Positions 10,893 through 20,979 of a stretch of DNA of 64,000 bases are shown here, piece by piece. The number at the start of each line of letters is the position of its first letter. Position 1 is the first letter of the stretch. The notes under the pieces were generated by a model. That model had not been told where the DNA came from. It did not search any database and saw only the letters and a list, made by a program, of their open reading frames with translations. Where the stretch lies: assembly GCA_042408205.1 (NCBI GenBank), contig JBHOQK010000024.1, positions 18,708-82,707 of the forward strand, given 5' to 3'. The stretch comes from Dehalococcoidia bacterium. GTDB taxonomy: Bacteria; Chloroflexota; Dehalococcoidia; GIF9; DYGU01. The position numbers and the translations under genes were made by a program.

Positions 10893-11729
10893 TTACTCAG
10901 CTTCAAGAACAGATACAGCTAAAACATGTGGTCCAACATGAGCCCCAACTACTGGACTAACTTTACTCTTATAAATATTTGCCTCCGGAACTAAGCTTGC
11001 AATGCGCCTATATAAGATTTCCAATTCATCAGGCGTTGTCGCATCTTCTATGATAATGCTATCTATTTTGGGAAAACCAGCAACAAAATCCACTAAGAAA
11101 TTAATTGCCTTTTCCCTACTTCGGACTCTCCCAAAGGGAAAAGCCTCACCATTCTTTAAGCCCAGAATTGGATTGACTTTCAATATCCCTCCTAAGAAAG
11201 CTTGTGCTTTGCCAATGCGTCCTCCTCGCTGCAGATACTCAAGAGTGTCAAAAGACACCCGAACATGAACTCGGGGGATAGCATTTTCCACCATATTCTT
11301 TATTTCGTTTAGATTAGCCCCGGCTTGAGCTGCTTTAGCAGCTAAAATGACCAGAAGCATTTCTCCACCTATCCCAGACATTGAGTCAATAACCTCAATC
11401 TGGCAACCTGTTTCTACCATATTTTTGGCCTGAAGGGCTGACTCATACATTGCACTGAGTTTCTTACTTACAGTAATAACTAAAATCTCCCCGGTTTCCT
11501 GAGCTAATTTGGTAAAAGTCTCAGCCAAAATACCAGGACCCGGGGCTGAAGTAGCAGGAAATATATGGCTTATTGCCAATTTACGATAAAATTCTTCGGT
11601 AGTTAAGTCAACATGGTCACGATAAACTTCATTACCAAAGCGAACATACATGGGTACTATTGTAACGCCCAATTCCTTGGCTAAATCCAATGGTAAATCA
11701 GAAACACTATCGGTAACAATTTTCACCAT
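10893..11729 (-). CDS. DegV family fatty-acid binding protein (FakB)
   Basis: KIVTDS, LEYLQRGGRIG, SPVVGAHVGP. Confidence 0.93.
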   Translation of the reverse strand: MVKIVTDSVSDLPLDLAKELGVTIVPMYVRFGNEVYRDHVDLTTEEFYRKLAISHIFPATSAPGPGILAETFTKLAQETGEILVITVSKKLSAMYESALQAKNMVETGCQIEVIDSMSGIGGEMLLVILAAKAAQAGANLNEIKNMVENAIPRVHVRVSFDTLEYLQRGGRIGKAQAFLGGILKVNPILGLKNGEAFPFGRVRSREKAINFLVDFVAGFPKIDSIIIEDATTPDELEILYRRIASLVPEANIYKSKVSPVVGAHVGPHVLAVSVLEAE

Positions 11730-11754
11730 AGATCACCAGCCTAACTTAGAATTT

Positions 11755-13383
11755 TTATTCTAAGGAAATTATGTAATTATAATGAGGTTGACCACCATAA
11801 ACTAATTCAATTTGTTTTCTTGGGTACTTAGTTGTTATTTCTTGAGCTAATTTTTCAGCTTCTTCAGCTTTAGTCCCAGCACCCCAATAAATAGTGACCA
11901 CTTCAAACTCATCAATTCCAGTTTTACTAATAGCTTCAAAAATGACTTTCTCTATATTATCTCCGGCAGCCACTAATTCTTCATCATCCACTATGGCAAT
12001 AATTTGCCCTTTTTTAATGGACAACCCCTTAAGTTGAGCGGTTCTAACAGCTTGGGTAATTCCTATAGTTTTTACCCTCTGTATAGCTTCTTCCATAACT
12101 CTGACATTTTCTTCCAAATCAGCCAAATAGGAAAAAGCCAAGAGAGCAGAAACTCCTTGGGGAACGGTTTTCGTCGGCACTACTACTACCTTCTTAGAAG
12201 TTAAAGATTGAACTTGAGAAGCAGTTAAGATGACATTTTTATTATTAGGCAACACAATGATTTTATCTGAGGGCACCATCTCAACAGCCTGAAGTAGTTC
12301 ACGAACGCTCGGATTCATAGTTTGCCCTCCAGGAACAATAGCTGCCACACCGAGGCTTCGGAAAACTTCTTCTATTCCTTCCCCAGTAACTACAGCAATA
12401 ACAGCAATATCCATCAATGGCACTCTCTGCTTCTGCATTTCCAGAAACTGCTTATGTTGATCATCCATATTTTTAATGCTAATTTGATGAAGAGTGCCTA
12501 AAGATGTAGCATAGCGAAGCACACTTCCGGGATCACGAGTATGGATATGAACCCGAACATTTGTTGCATCACCGATTACCATCAAAGATTGACCCTTTGT
12601 TTCCAGACGTTTCCTAATTTTATGGAGGTTAAGATTCTTCCCTTTAATGATAAATTCAGTGCAATATCCATAAGGCATTCCTTCTTCCTGGCTAATCGTA
12701 ATTATCTTAGGAGTTAAAGTTAAAGCTGGAGCCACTATTTGAGGCTTACGAAAAGGGGCTTCTTTGGCTTCATCTTTGAGATAGCGGAGAACGCCTTCCA
12801 GAATTACATATAAACCTTGCCCCCCAGCATCCACTACCCCAGCTTCTTTCAATATGGGCAATAATAAAGGAGTTCGAGCCACTGATTCTTTAGCCGCATT
12901 AACAGAAGCCTCCAGAACCCCTATTAAGTCTTCAAATCTTTCTTTAACTACCCTCTCAGCGGCTTTCGCTACATCCCGTATTACCGTCAAAATAGTCCCT
13001 TCTACAGGACGAGACAACCCCTGATAAGCAGTGCTGGCTGCTTCAGCCAAGGCTTTAGCTAAATCTTGTCCAGTCAAAGAATCCTTGCCTTCAAGCCCCC
13101 GAGCCAAGCCTCGAAAAATTTGAGAGAGAATGATCCCTGAATTACCTCGAGCTCCCATAAAAGCACCGTTAGCCATACCTTTAAGAACAGAGGAGACGCT
13201 TAAATCGGGAGATTGATAAGCTTCCTCTATAGCCGAGCGCATAGTCAGAAGCATATTCGTCCCAGTATCCCCGTCCGGGACCGGGAAAACATTTATAGCA
13301 TCAATATCAGCAGCACTCTTCTCCAACCATTGAGTGCTAGCGGCAAACATCTCTCTCACATCCTGACCAGTGAGTTGTTTCAT
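11755..13383 (-). CDS. DAK2-domain fatty acid kinase subunit A (FakA/YloV)
   Basis: NVFPVPDGDTGTNM, GARGNSG, GGQTMNPS, GGQPHY. Confidence 0.94.
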   Translation of the reverse strand: MKQLTGQDVREMFAASTQWLEKSAADIDAINVFPVPDGDTGTNMLLTMRSAIEEAYQSPDLSVSSVLKGMANGAFMGARGNSGIILSQIFRGLARGLEGKDSLTGQDLAKALAEAASTAYQGLSRPVEGTILTVIRDVAKAAERVVKERFEDLIGVLEASVNAAKESVARTPLLLPILKEAGVVDAGGQGLYVILEGVLRYLKDEAKEAPFRKPQIVAPALTLTPKIITISQEEGMPYGYCTEFIIKGKNLNLHKIRKRLETKGQSLMVIGDATNVRVHIHTRDPGSVLRYATSLGTLHQISIKNMDDQHKQFLEMQKQRVPLMDIAVIAVVTGEGIEEVFRSLGVAAIVPGGQTMNPSVRELLQAVEMVPSDKIIVLPNNKNVILTASQVQSLTSKKVVVVPTKTVPQGVSALLAFSYLADLEENVRVMEEAIQRVKTIGITQAVRTAQLKGLSIKKGQIIAIVDDEELVAAGDNIEKVIFEAISKTGIDEFEVVTIYWGAGTKAEEAEKLAQEITTKYPRKQIELVYGGQPHYNYIISLE

Positions 13384-13480
13384 CCCTTTCCTTTATTTAC
13401 TTATTACTTAAATAATGATATTATTATTTAGACTGACCTATATTATCCTAAAATGCTTTTAGCGTAAAGAGGATTTAACT

Positions 13481-13666
13481 TTGTCTCCAAAATGTGATCT
13501 TTGCGGAAAAACTGCCCAATATGGTTATAATGTAAGCCATTCTAAACGACACACCAAACGGCGTTGGCTACCTAATATTCACACCAAGACAATTATTGTA
13601 GATAATAAGCCAAAGAAGGTTAACCTTTGTACCCGATGCTTGCGAACTCAATATAAATCAGCTTAA
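13481..13666 (+). CDS. rpmB: 50S ribosomal protein bL28 (Zn-binding, two CxxC)
   Basis: CDLCGK...NVSHSKRHTKRRWLPN...CTRC; TTG start after GAGG. Confidence 0.95.
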   Translation: MSPKCDLCGKTAQYGYNVSHSKRHTKRRWLPNIHTKTIIVDNKPKKVNLCTRCLRTQYKSA

Positions 13667-14391
13667 CCAACTGCCGATTTTATCTTCCTTAACGCTTCAG
13701 TAATACTTTCACTTGTATTAAATATAGCAGTTCCAGCCACCAGTACCCGGGCACCAGCTTCAACCACCTTAGGCGCAATTTGAGCCGTAATCCCACCATC
13801 AACCTCCAATTCTATATTCAGTTGCTTTTGATCAAGTATTTGTCGTAAACGCCTTATCTTATCCAACATCTCAGGAATAAAAGGCTGTCCGCCAAAACCA
13901 GGATTGACTGTCATTAATAATACCAAATCAATAAACGGTAAAATTTCGTCTATTAAATTTAATGGACTGGCTGGATTGAGAGCTACCCCAGCTTTTATCT
14001 TTTTACCTTTTATCTGTTGTATCAAACGATGAAGATGAGGACAGACTTCGGCATGAACAGTAATAATATCAGACCCAGCTTCAGCAAATTGATCGATGTA
14101 CCGTTCTGGATGTTCAATCATCAGATGAACATCCAAAGGCAAATTGGTTAATGGTTTAATTGCTGCCACTACAAGAGCGCCTACAGTAATATTAGGTACA
14201 AAATGCCCATCCATTACATCAACGTGAAGGTAATCAGCCCCAGCTCGGGTCACTTCCATAACCTGTTCCCCAAGACGGCTAAAATCGCAAGAAAGAATCG
14301 ACGGAGCTATTTTAATTTGACCGACTTTGGTCTTCCCTGTCGCCCTTTCCTGAATATTTGAGGATAGAGGTTGGTCAATCACAACCTTCAC
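13663..14391 (-). CDS. rpe: Ribulose-phosphate 3-epimerase
   Basis: IAPSIL, HVDVMDGHFVPN, MTVNPGFGGQ, EVDGGI; exact start uncertain. Confidence 0.95.
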   Translation of the reverse strand: MKVVIDQPLSSNIQERATGKTKVGQIKIAPSILSCDFSRLGEQVMEVTRAGADYLHVDVMDGHFVPNITVGALVVAAIKPLTNLPLDVHLMIEHPERYIDQFAEAGSDIITVHAEVCPHLHRLIQQIKGKKIKAGVALNPASPLNLIDEILPFIDLVLLMTVNPGFGGQPFIPEMLDKIRRLRQILDQKQLNIELEVDGGITAQIAPKVVEAGARVLVAGTAIFNTSESITEALRKIKSAVG

Positions 14392-15772
14392 TACTCCTGC
14401 TAATGATAGCTTTAGCTCGAACCAAGGCTTCGGCTACTTGCTCTGGAGCTGTACCCCCATAAGATTTATGAGCCGCAACAGATGATTCTAAACTAATGCC
14501 GTATATATCTTCAGCAAACTGGGGGGAAAAACGATGATATTCTTCCAGACTCAACTCAGAAAACTTTTTACCTTCCCTTGAAGCATATTTCACTATTTCA
14601 CCGACAATATTATACGCCTGTCGAAAAGGAATCCCTTTCTTAACTAAATAGTCAGCCAAATCAGTAGCCAATAAATAACCTGACTCAGCCGCCTGAGAAA
14701 TTCTCCCGCGATTAACTTTTAAAGTTCTTACCATCTCAGTAAATACCTCCAAACTGGAACAGAGGATATCCACAGTAGAAAAAAGTCCTTCTTTATCTTC
14801 TTGCATATCTCTATTGTAAGTTAAAGGCAAAGCTTTCATTATGGTCAAAATACTCATCAAATTACCGTAAATTCGCCCGGTTTTACCCCGAATTAACTCA
14901 GCCACATCCGGATTTTTCTTCTGAGGCATAATGCTACTTCCTGTAGTGAAAGCCTCATCAAGCTCAATAAAACCAAACTCGGCGGAAGACCACAGAATAA
15001 TTTCTTCAGCAAATCGGGAGAGATGCATCATAGCTATAGCTGCTGCTGCTTCATATTCTATAACAAAATCTCTATCCGAAACGGCGTCCATGCTATTAGA
15101 ACTTACCCCACTAAACCCCAACTCTTGGGCTAAGAAATCCCGGTCAATAGGATAAGAAACTCCGGCTAAAGCACCACTACCTAAAGGTAAAATATCAGTT
15201 CGCTTTAAGCAATCCCCAAACCTTTCTTTATCGCGTTGAAACATTTCAAAATAAGCCAAAATATGATGAGCCAATAAAATGGGTTGTGCCCGTTGCAAAT
15301 GGGTATAACCAGGCATAATTACATCCTGATTAGCTTCGGCAAAACTTAATAAGGCTTTTTGAAAATTAGTAATCCGATTAATGGTTTCTAAAATCGCTTC
15401 CTTAAGGAAGAGGCGTAAATCTAAAGCTACTTGGTCATTCCTGGAGCGAGCAGTGTGAAGCTTGCCAGCAACTTCACCTATTTTCTCAAAGAGACGAGCT
15501 TCAATATTCATATGAACGTCTTCAAGCTCAAGTTTAAACTTAAATTCGCCTCGCTCAATTTCTTCCCGAATAGAAATAAGTCCATTAATAATAGTATCGG
15601 CTTCAGTATCACTAATTATTTTTTGTTTAGCCAGCATTCTAACATGGGCAATACTCCCAGCAATATCATAACGATATAGCCGATAATCAACAGGTACTGA
15701 AGCTACATATGCCTCAGCTAAAGGGTGAAGTGACTTATCAAAAGCCTTGCGTAAAAACTCTTTATTCCCCAT
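14375..15772 (-). CDS. argH: Argininosuccinate lyase
   Basis: HTARSRNDQV, GSSIMPQKKNPD. Confidence 0.97.
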   Translation of the reverse strand: MGNKEFLRKAFDKSLHPLAEAYVASVPVDYRLYRYDIAGSIAHVRMLAKQKIISDTEADTIINGLISIREEIERGEFKFKLELEDVHMNIEARLFEKIGEVAGKLHTARSRNDQVALDLRLFLKEAILETINRITNFQKALLSFAEANQDVIMPGYTHLQRAQPILLAHHILAYFEMFQRDKERFGDCLKRTDILPLGSGALAGVSYPIDRDFLAQELGFSGVSSNSMDAVSDRDFVIEYEAAAAIAMMHLSRFAEEIILWSSAEFGFIELDEAFTTGSSIMPQKKNPDVAELIRGKTGRIYGNLMSILTIMKALPLTYNRDMQEDKEGLFSTVDILCSSLEVFTEMVRTLKVNRGRISQAAESGYLLATDLADYLVKKGIPFRQAYNIVGEIVKYASREGKKFSELSLEEYHRFSPQFAEDIYGISLESSVAAHKSYGGTAPEQVAEALVRAKAIISRSSEGCD

Positions 15773-15775
15773 CTT

Positions 15776-16408
15776 CTATTCGCCTTCGATTAATTTGCAA
15801 ATAGTTTGATAAAGCCAAGACCAGCTTGGAGCCAGCCTTAAGGCTTGAGCTAATTCCAATTCTGCCAAGTGATATTTTTTCTCATCCCGATACAATATTG
15901 CTCGCTCAAGATGTTCCTGAGCTACCTCAGGCTGGGACTGAGTATTTGTTCCCGCTTCTAATTGCTTCAATTCTCGCTTAGCATAAGACTTAAGCAACCT
16001 ATCCCCAATTAAGGAAATAGCAGGAATTTTAAGGACAGTCTGAAAAGCTTCTCTTGCCTTTTCTATCTCCCCCAAATACCGATAAGCTTCCCCTAATACT
16101 AAATAAGCCTCTGAACAATTGGGATCAAGACGAAGGACTTCTTTCAACTCCTCAATCCCCAAAGAAAGACAATCCCGTAATTTTATCCCGCTAACTCCGT
16201 GACTAATTGCCAATAAGGGCGCGGCTATATAAGCCCTTCCTAATTCACTATGATATTTGGGATTATTTGGATTTAGTTTGATAGCTTCTTTAAAGTTGTG
16301 TATAGCTAAGGCAAGATTAAATTCTTTATTTTTGCGGTTACGATGACGCTTCCCTTGTTGGAAGCATTTTTCAGCTTCGTCCTGAGACAATCTACAAAAT
16401 AATGGCAT
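15776..16408 (-). CDS. Tetratricopeptide repeat protein
   Basis: Repeated TPR-like helices (EAIKLNPNNP, EAYLVLGEAY...A..AF, ALRLAP). Confidence 0.8.
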   Translation of the reverse strand: MPLFCRLSQDEAEKCFQQGKRHRNRKNKEFNLALAIHNFKEAIKLNPNNPKYHSELGRAYIAAPLLAISHGVSGIKLRDCLSLGIEELKEVLRLDPNCSEAYLVLGEAYRYLGEIEKAREAFQTVLKIPAISLIGDRLLKSYAKRELKQLEAGTNTQSQPEVAQEHLERAILYRDEKKYHLAELELAQALRLAPSWSWLYQTICKLIEGE

Positions 16409-16413
16409 AGGTG

Positions 16414-17628
16414 TTACTCCATTCCTTTTTCTTTATCCCTAGGTTGCATCTGTGCCTGAATTTTTACTGGTAATCCCCAAATATGAATAAATCCGGGGGA
16501 AGCACTTTGGTCAAAAATATCTCCTTTGTCGTAAGTAGCTAAACTATAGCTATATAGAGACACCGGTGATTTTCGACCTACTATCAAGCAATTTCCTTTA
16601 AATAGCTTTACTTTCACCGTCCCAGTGACAAACCGTTGAGAACTTTCCACATAAGCAGCTAAATCATCTCGCAATGCCGAAAACCAAAGTCCATTATAAA
16701 TAAGATCAGCATACTCGGTGGCTACTTTTTCCTTAAAACGAAGTTGGGAACGAGATAGTGTCATGGCTTCAAGAGCTTGATGAGCTTTAAGGAGAACTGT
16801 AGCTGCCGGCGCTTCATAGACCTCCCTTGACTTTATTCCCACCACCCTGTTTTCTAAATGATCAATCCTACCTACCCCATGTTCTCCAGCCAGCTGATTC
16901 AGTTGCTGAATGAGACTAACACCATCTAATTCCTTACCATTTAAACTCACCGGGATTCCTCTCTCAAAACCAATCTCAATATAACTTGGTTCATCCGGGG
17001 TTTCCTTAACCGGTTTTGTCCAAGAAAAGACCTCTTCCGGTGGTTCCAGCCAAGGGTCTTCCAGAACCCCACATTCAATACTCCTCCCCCAAAGATTTTC
17101 ATCAATAGAGTAAGGATTGGTTATAGTGATAGGTACAGGAATATTATGTTTATGAGCATAAGCAACAGTCTCCTCCCTACTCATCCGCCATTCCCGCGCC
17201 GGAGCTATAATTTTGAGCTCAGGAGCTAACGCAGCGATGCTGACGTCAAAACGAACCTGGTCATTGCCTTTGCCCGTGCACCCATGGGCAACAGCCTGAG
17301 CACCCTCTTTTTTAGCAATATCAACCAAAAGCTTAGCTATAAGAGGACGAGCTAAAGCAGTGGCTAATGGATATTGCCCTTCATAGATTGCGTCAGCCTT
17401 AAGAGCTGGGAAAACAAAAGAATCAACAAAAAGCTTTTTAGCATCCAGGGTTATAGCCTTTTTTGCCCCAATTTTCAGCGCCTTTTCTTGAATGGTTGCC
17501 AAATCACGAACACCCCCAATATCAGCAGTAAGAGTAATTACTTCCATACCATACTTCTCCATCAACCATTTTATAGCTACCGAAGTATCCAGACCACCAC
17601 TATAGGCTAAGACTACTTTCTCTGCCAT
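16414..17628 (-). CDS. argG: Argininosuccinate synthase
   Basis: LAYSGGLDTS, HGCTGKGNDQVRF. Confidence 0.98.
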   Translation of the reverse strand: MAEKVVLAYSGGLDTSVAIKWLMEKYGMEVITLTADIGGVRDLATIQEKALKIGAKKAITLDAKKLFVDSFVFPALKADAIYEGQYPLATALARPLIAKLLVDIAKKEGAQAVAHGCTGKGNDQVRFDVSIAALAPELKIIAPAREWRMSREETVAYAHKHNIPVPITITNPYSIDENLWGRSIECGVLEDPWLEPPEEVFSWTKPVKETPDEPSYIEIGFERGIPVSLNGKELDGVSLIQQLNQLAGEHGVGRIDHLENRVVGIKSREVYEAPAATVLLKAHQALEAMTLSRSQLRFKEKVATEYADLIYNGLWFSALRDDLAAYVESSQRFVTGTVKVKLFKGNCLIVGRKSPVSLYSYSLATYDKGDIFDQSASPGFIHIWGLPVKIQAQMQPRDKEKGME

Positions 17629-17629
17629 T

Positions 17630-18826
17630 TTAACAACTCCTTTCCCTCTGTTCCTTCAAAACTTCAAATAAGATATTTAAAGCTTGGTCAACCTCCTTTT
17701 GAGTAATGATAAGAGGTGGCATAAAACGAAGAGCATTAGGCTTTACTTGGTTGACAAGGAGACCTTTTCTTAGACAAGCTAAGGTTACTGCCTCCCCTAT
17801 ATCATTGGAAAATTCCAATGCTATTAAAAGTCCTCGCCCCCGAACATCAGTAATAAAGTCAAACTGCTGCTTTAAATTTGTTAGCTGACTTATAAAATAT
17901 TGCCCTACCTGTTTAACCTTCTCAGGTATATTATTGTCAATAATAAATTTTAAAGTAGCCGAAGCTACCGCACAAACCAGAGGATTACCCCCAAAAGTAG
18001 AACCATGCTCTCCGTAGTTAAAGGCAGAAACCTTTTCTTTAGCTAAAAGAGCACCAATAGGTACCCCACCCCCTAAACCTTTAGCCAAAGTCATTATGTC
18101 AGGTTCAATGTCAAATTGCTCATAAGCAAAAAGAGTCCCTGTTCGACCGATCCCAGTTTGGATTTCATCAAGAATAAGGAGAATATTTTTCTCATCACAC
18201 CAAGCACGCACCTTTTTTAGGTAGTCAATGTCAGCCACATTTACGCCACCTTCCCCTTGAATTGGCTCTAACATGACAGCACAGACTTCCTCATGAGTTG
18301 CCTTTCTAATAGCTTCAATATCATTATAAGCTACATGGACAAAACCATCAGGCAAAGGAAAATAAGGCTCTTGATACTTTTGTTGACCAGTAGCCGCTAC
18401 CATGGCTAAAGTCCGACCATGAAAAGAATTATGGGCAGTAATTATTTTATAAGCCCCCTTTAGATATAATTTCCCATATCTTCGAGCCAGTTTAACAGCA
18501 CCTTCATTAGCTTCAGCCCCACTATTACAAAAGAAAACTCTATCTAAGCAGCTATTCTTAGCTAAAAGCTCGGCTAACTCAAGCTGAGGGATAGTATAAA
18601 ATTGATTGGAAACCTGGATTAAAGTCTTGGCTTGTCTTTGGAGAGCCTGGACCACCACCGGATGACAATGTCCCAAACTATTCACGCCCCAACCACCAAC
18701 AAAGTCAAGATATCTTTTACCTTCATCATCCCAAACAAAAGCCCCTTTACCCCGGACTAATGTCACAGGCATACGCTTGAACGTTCTCATAAATAGTTTT
18801 TGCTCTAATTCTTGCCAATAGTCCAT
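17630..18826 (-). CDS. argD: Acetylornithine aminotransferase
   Basis: NSGAEANE, SFHGRT, DEIQTG, AKGLGGG; in arg cluster. Confidence 0.93.
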   Translation of the reverse strand: MDYWQELEQKLFMRTFKRMPVTLVRGKGAFVWDDEGKRYLDFVGGWGVNSLGHCHPVVVQALQRQAKTLIQVSNQFYTIPQLELAELLAKNSCLDRVFFCNSGAEANEGAVKLARRYGKLYLKGAYKIITAHNSFHGRTLAMVAATGQQKYQEPYFPLPDGFVHVAYNDIEAIRKATHEEVCAVMLEPIQGEGGVNVADIDYLKKVRAWCDEKNILLILDEIQTGIGRTGTLFAYEQFDIEPDIMTLAKGLGGGVPIGALLAKEKVSAFNYGEHGSTFGGNPLVCAVASATLKFIIDNNIPEKVKQVGQYFISQLTNLKQQFDFITDVRGRGLLIALEFSNDIGEAVTLACLRKGLLVNQVKPNALRFMPPLIITQKEVDQALNILFEVLKEQRERSC

Positions 18827-18830
18827 TTTC

Positions 18831-19622
18831 CTACCCTGAGATAATCGTAGTCCCCCCAGCTTTCCCTTTCATTTCACTAAGTAAAATATGGGGAACTCTA
18901 CCATCAATAATCCTGGTTAAGGGCACCACAGTTAAAGCTTTTAAACAAGCTTGCACTTTGACCAACATTCCTTCAGAAGCTATCCCAGATTCTACCAATT
19001 CCTTAGCTTCAGTTGAGGTTAAACGGGAAATCAACTTTCCTGAGCTATCATAAATACCTGGAACATCGGTCAAAAAGATGAGCCTTTCCGCCTTTATAGC
19101 TACTGCTATTTCACCAGCCACGGTATCGCCATTAATATTAAGTATTTTTTTTCCTCCATCTCTTTTATCAGAACTTAAACCTAAAGGAGCAATTACTGGA
19201 ATATAGCCTTTGTCTAATATCATCTGAAGCAGTGACCCATTGATTTTAACTACTTCCCCTACATAACCTAACTCCGGAGCTTTCACCCGAGCTTCAATTA
19301 AACCACCGTCAACACCGCTCATACCAATAGCCTTGCCACCAAAAGACTGAATAGTGGCCACTAATTCCTTATTAACTAAACCAGCCAAAACCGCGGTAAC
19401 CACTTCTAAGGACTTAGCGTCAGTTATTCTTAAACCGCTCGCAAAATTGGCAGCTATGCCCATCTGACCTTGCCATTCTGAAATTGTCTTTCCACCACCG
19501 TGGACAACCACTACCGATATGCCTCTCCTCTGCAGCGTCACCAAATCCTCTATAGTAGTATCTTGGCTACCTAAGGTACTTCCGCCAATCTTAATCACAA
19601 TAGGTTTCTTAAGCTTAGGCAT
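18831..19622 (-). CDS. argB: Acetylglutamate kinase
   Basis: VIKIGGS, VHGGGK, GLRITD, NINGD. Confidence 0.94.
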   Translation of the reverse strand: MPKLKKPIVIKIGGSTLGSQDTTIEDLVTLQRRGISVVVVHGGGKTISEWQGQMGIAANFASGLRITDAKSLEVVTAVLAGLVNKELVATIQSFGGKAIGMSGVDGGLIEARVKAPELGYVGEVVKINGSLLQMILDKGYIPVIAPLGLSSDKRDGGKKILNINGDTVAGEIAVAIKAERLIFLTDVPGIYDSSGKLISRLTSTEAKELVESGIASEGMLVKVQACLKALTVVPLTRIIDGRVPHILLSEMKGKAGGTTIISG

Positions 19623-19637
19623 TTTCTTTATCGCAAC

Positions 19638-20837
19638 CTAAGTAGTATAAGCACTATTGATAGTAACATATTTTTCCGAAAGGTCACAGCCAAAAGCTAT
19701 AGCTTTTCCCCTCCCTATATTAAGGCTTAGCTTTAACACTATATCTTTATTATTTAAACTCTCAGCTAACTTCGCTCTATCAAAAATAACTGGGGAACCG
19801 GCTTTGAAAACACAAAATTGGTTTATATAAAGGTCAAGTTTTGATTCCACTACTTCCACCCCGCTCCGACCTAAAGCAACCACAATGCGTCCCCAGTTAG
19901 GGTCACTACCATAAATTGCTGACTTAACTAAAGGGGAACTGGCTATAGTCCGAGCTGCTTGACGAGCCTCAGTTTCAGTTAAAGCTCCCTCAACTATTAC
20001 CTCGATAAACTTGGTTGCTCCTTCCCCATCCCGGACAATAGACTTAGCCAGATAAAGACAAACCTCGTTTAAAGCTTCTTGAAAAATTTCACCATTCCCA
20101 CTGTTAATTTCTTCGTTTTTAGCTAAACCATTAGCCAACAAAAACACTGAATCATTTGGACTAGTCTCACCATCAATAGTAATCATATTAAACGATATAT
20201 TTACTGCTTTCTGTAAAGCAGAATGCAAAAATTCAGCCTCCACAGAAGCATCAGTGGTTAAAAAACATAACATGGTTGCCAGGTCGGGATGGATCATCCC
20301 AGCTCCCTTAGCTACACCTCCAATGATAAATCCCTCTTTTCCAGGAACTCTAACTGCCACTTCCTTAGGAAAAGTATCCGTAGTCATTATCGCTTTAGCC
20401 AGTTCATGACCACCTTCTTTATATAACACTATCTTCTGAATACCAGCTTTTATCTTCTCCATAGGCAGAGGTATACCTATTGTGCCAGTACTGGCTAATA
20501 AGACTTCTTCAGGCAAAATACTTAACTTTTTTGCTACTAAATTTGCCATCTCTTCCGCATCCATCATTCCCTGCTCTCCAGTACAGGCATTAGCACAACC
20601 CGAATTTACCACTATTGCCCGGGCTCTCCGGTTCTTTAAGTGCCTTTGAGATAAAGTTACTGGTGCTGCCTTAATTTTATTTTTAGTAAATAGACCAGCA
20701 GCCATCGCCGGCACCTTGGAATAAAGAAGAGCTAAATCCAGTTTCTCTGGATTCTTTATTCCCATGCTAACCGCTCCAGCGTAAAACCCTTGGGGGGAAG
20801 TGACAGTACCAAATTCAATTAATTGCCAGTTCGGCAT
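19638..20837 (-). CDS. argJ: Ornithine acetyltransferase / N-acetylglutamate synthase
   Basis: NSGCANACTG, KGAGMIHPDLATML, DGEGATK, DPNWGRI. Confidence 0.97.
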   Translation of the reverse strand: MPNWQLIEFGTVTSPQGFYAGAVSMGIKNPEKLDLALLYSKVPAMAAGLFTKNKIKAAPVTLSQRHLKNRRARAIVVNSGCANACTGEQGMMDAEEMANLVAKKLSILPEEVLLASTGTIGIPLPMEKIKAGIQKIVLYKEGGHELAKAIMTTDTFPKEVAVRVPGKEGFIIGGVAKGAGMIHPDLATMLCFLTTDASVEAEFLHSALQKAVNISFNMITIDGETSPNDSVFLLANGLAKNEEINSGNGEIFQEALNEVCLYLAKSIVRDGEGATKFIEVIVEGALTETEARQAARTIASSPLVKSAIYGSDPNWGRIVVALGRSGVEVVESKLDLYINQFCVFKAGSPVIFDRAKLAESLNNKDIVLKLSLNIGRGKAIAFGCDLSEKYVTINSAYTT

Positions 20838-20979
20838 CTCTTTCTTACCATTATAAACATAAGCAAATCAATTTTGCCGCGTGTCCTCACAAAAATTAAT
20901 AAAACCCTAAACAAAAAGTTTATTTTTTCGTTTCAAGAATAGGAAATAAACAAAAAATAAGAAAGGAGGGAAACAAATT

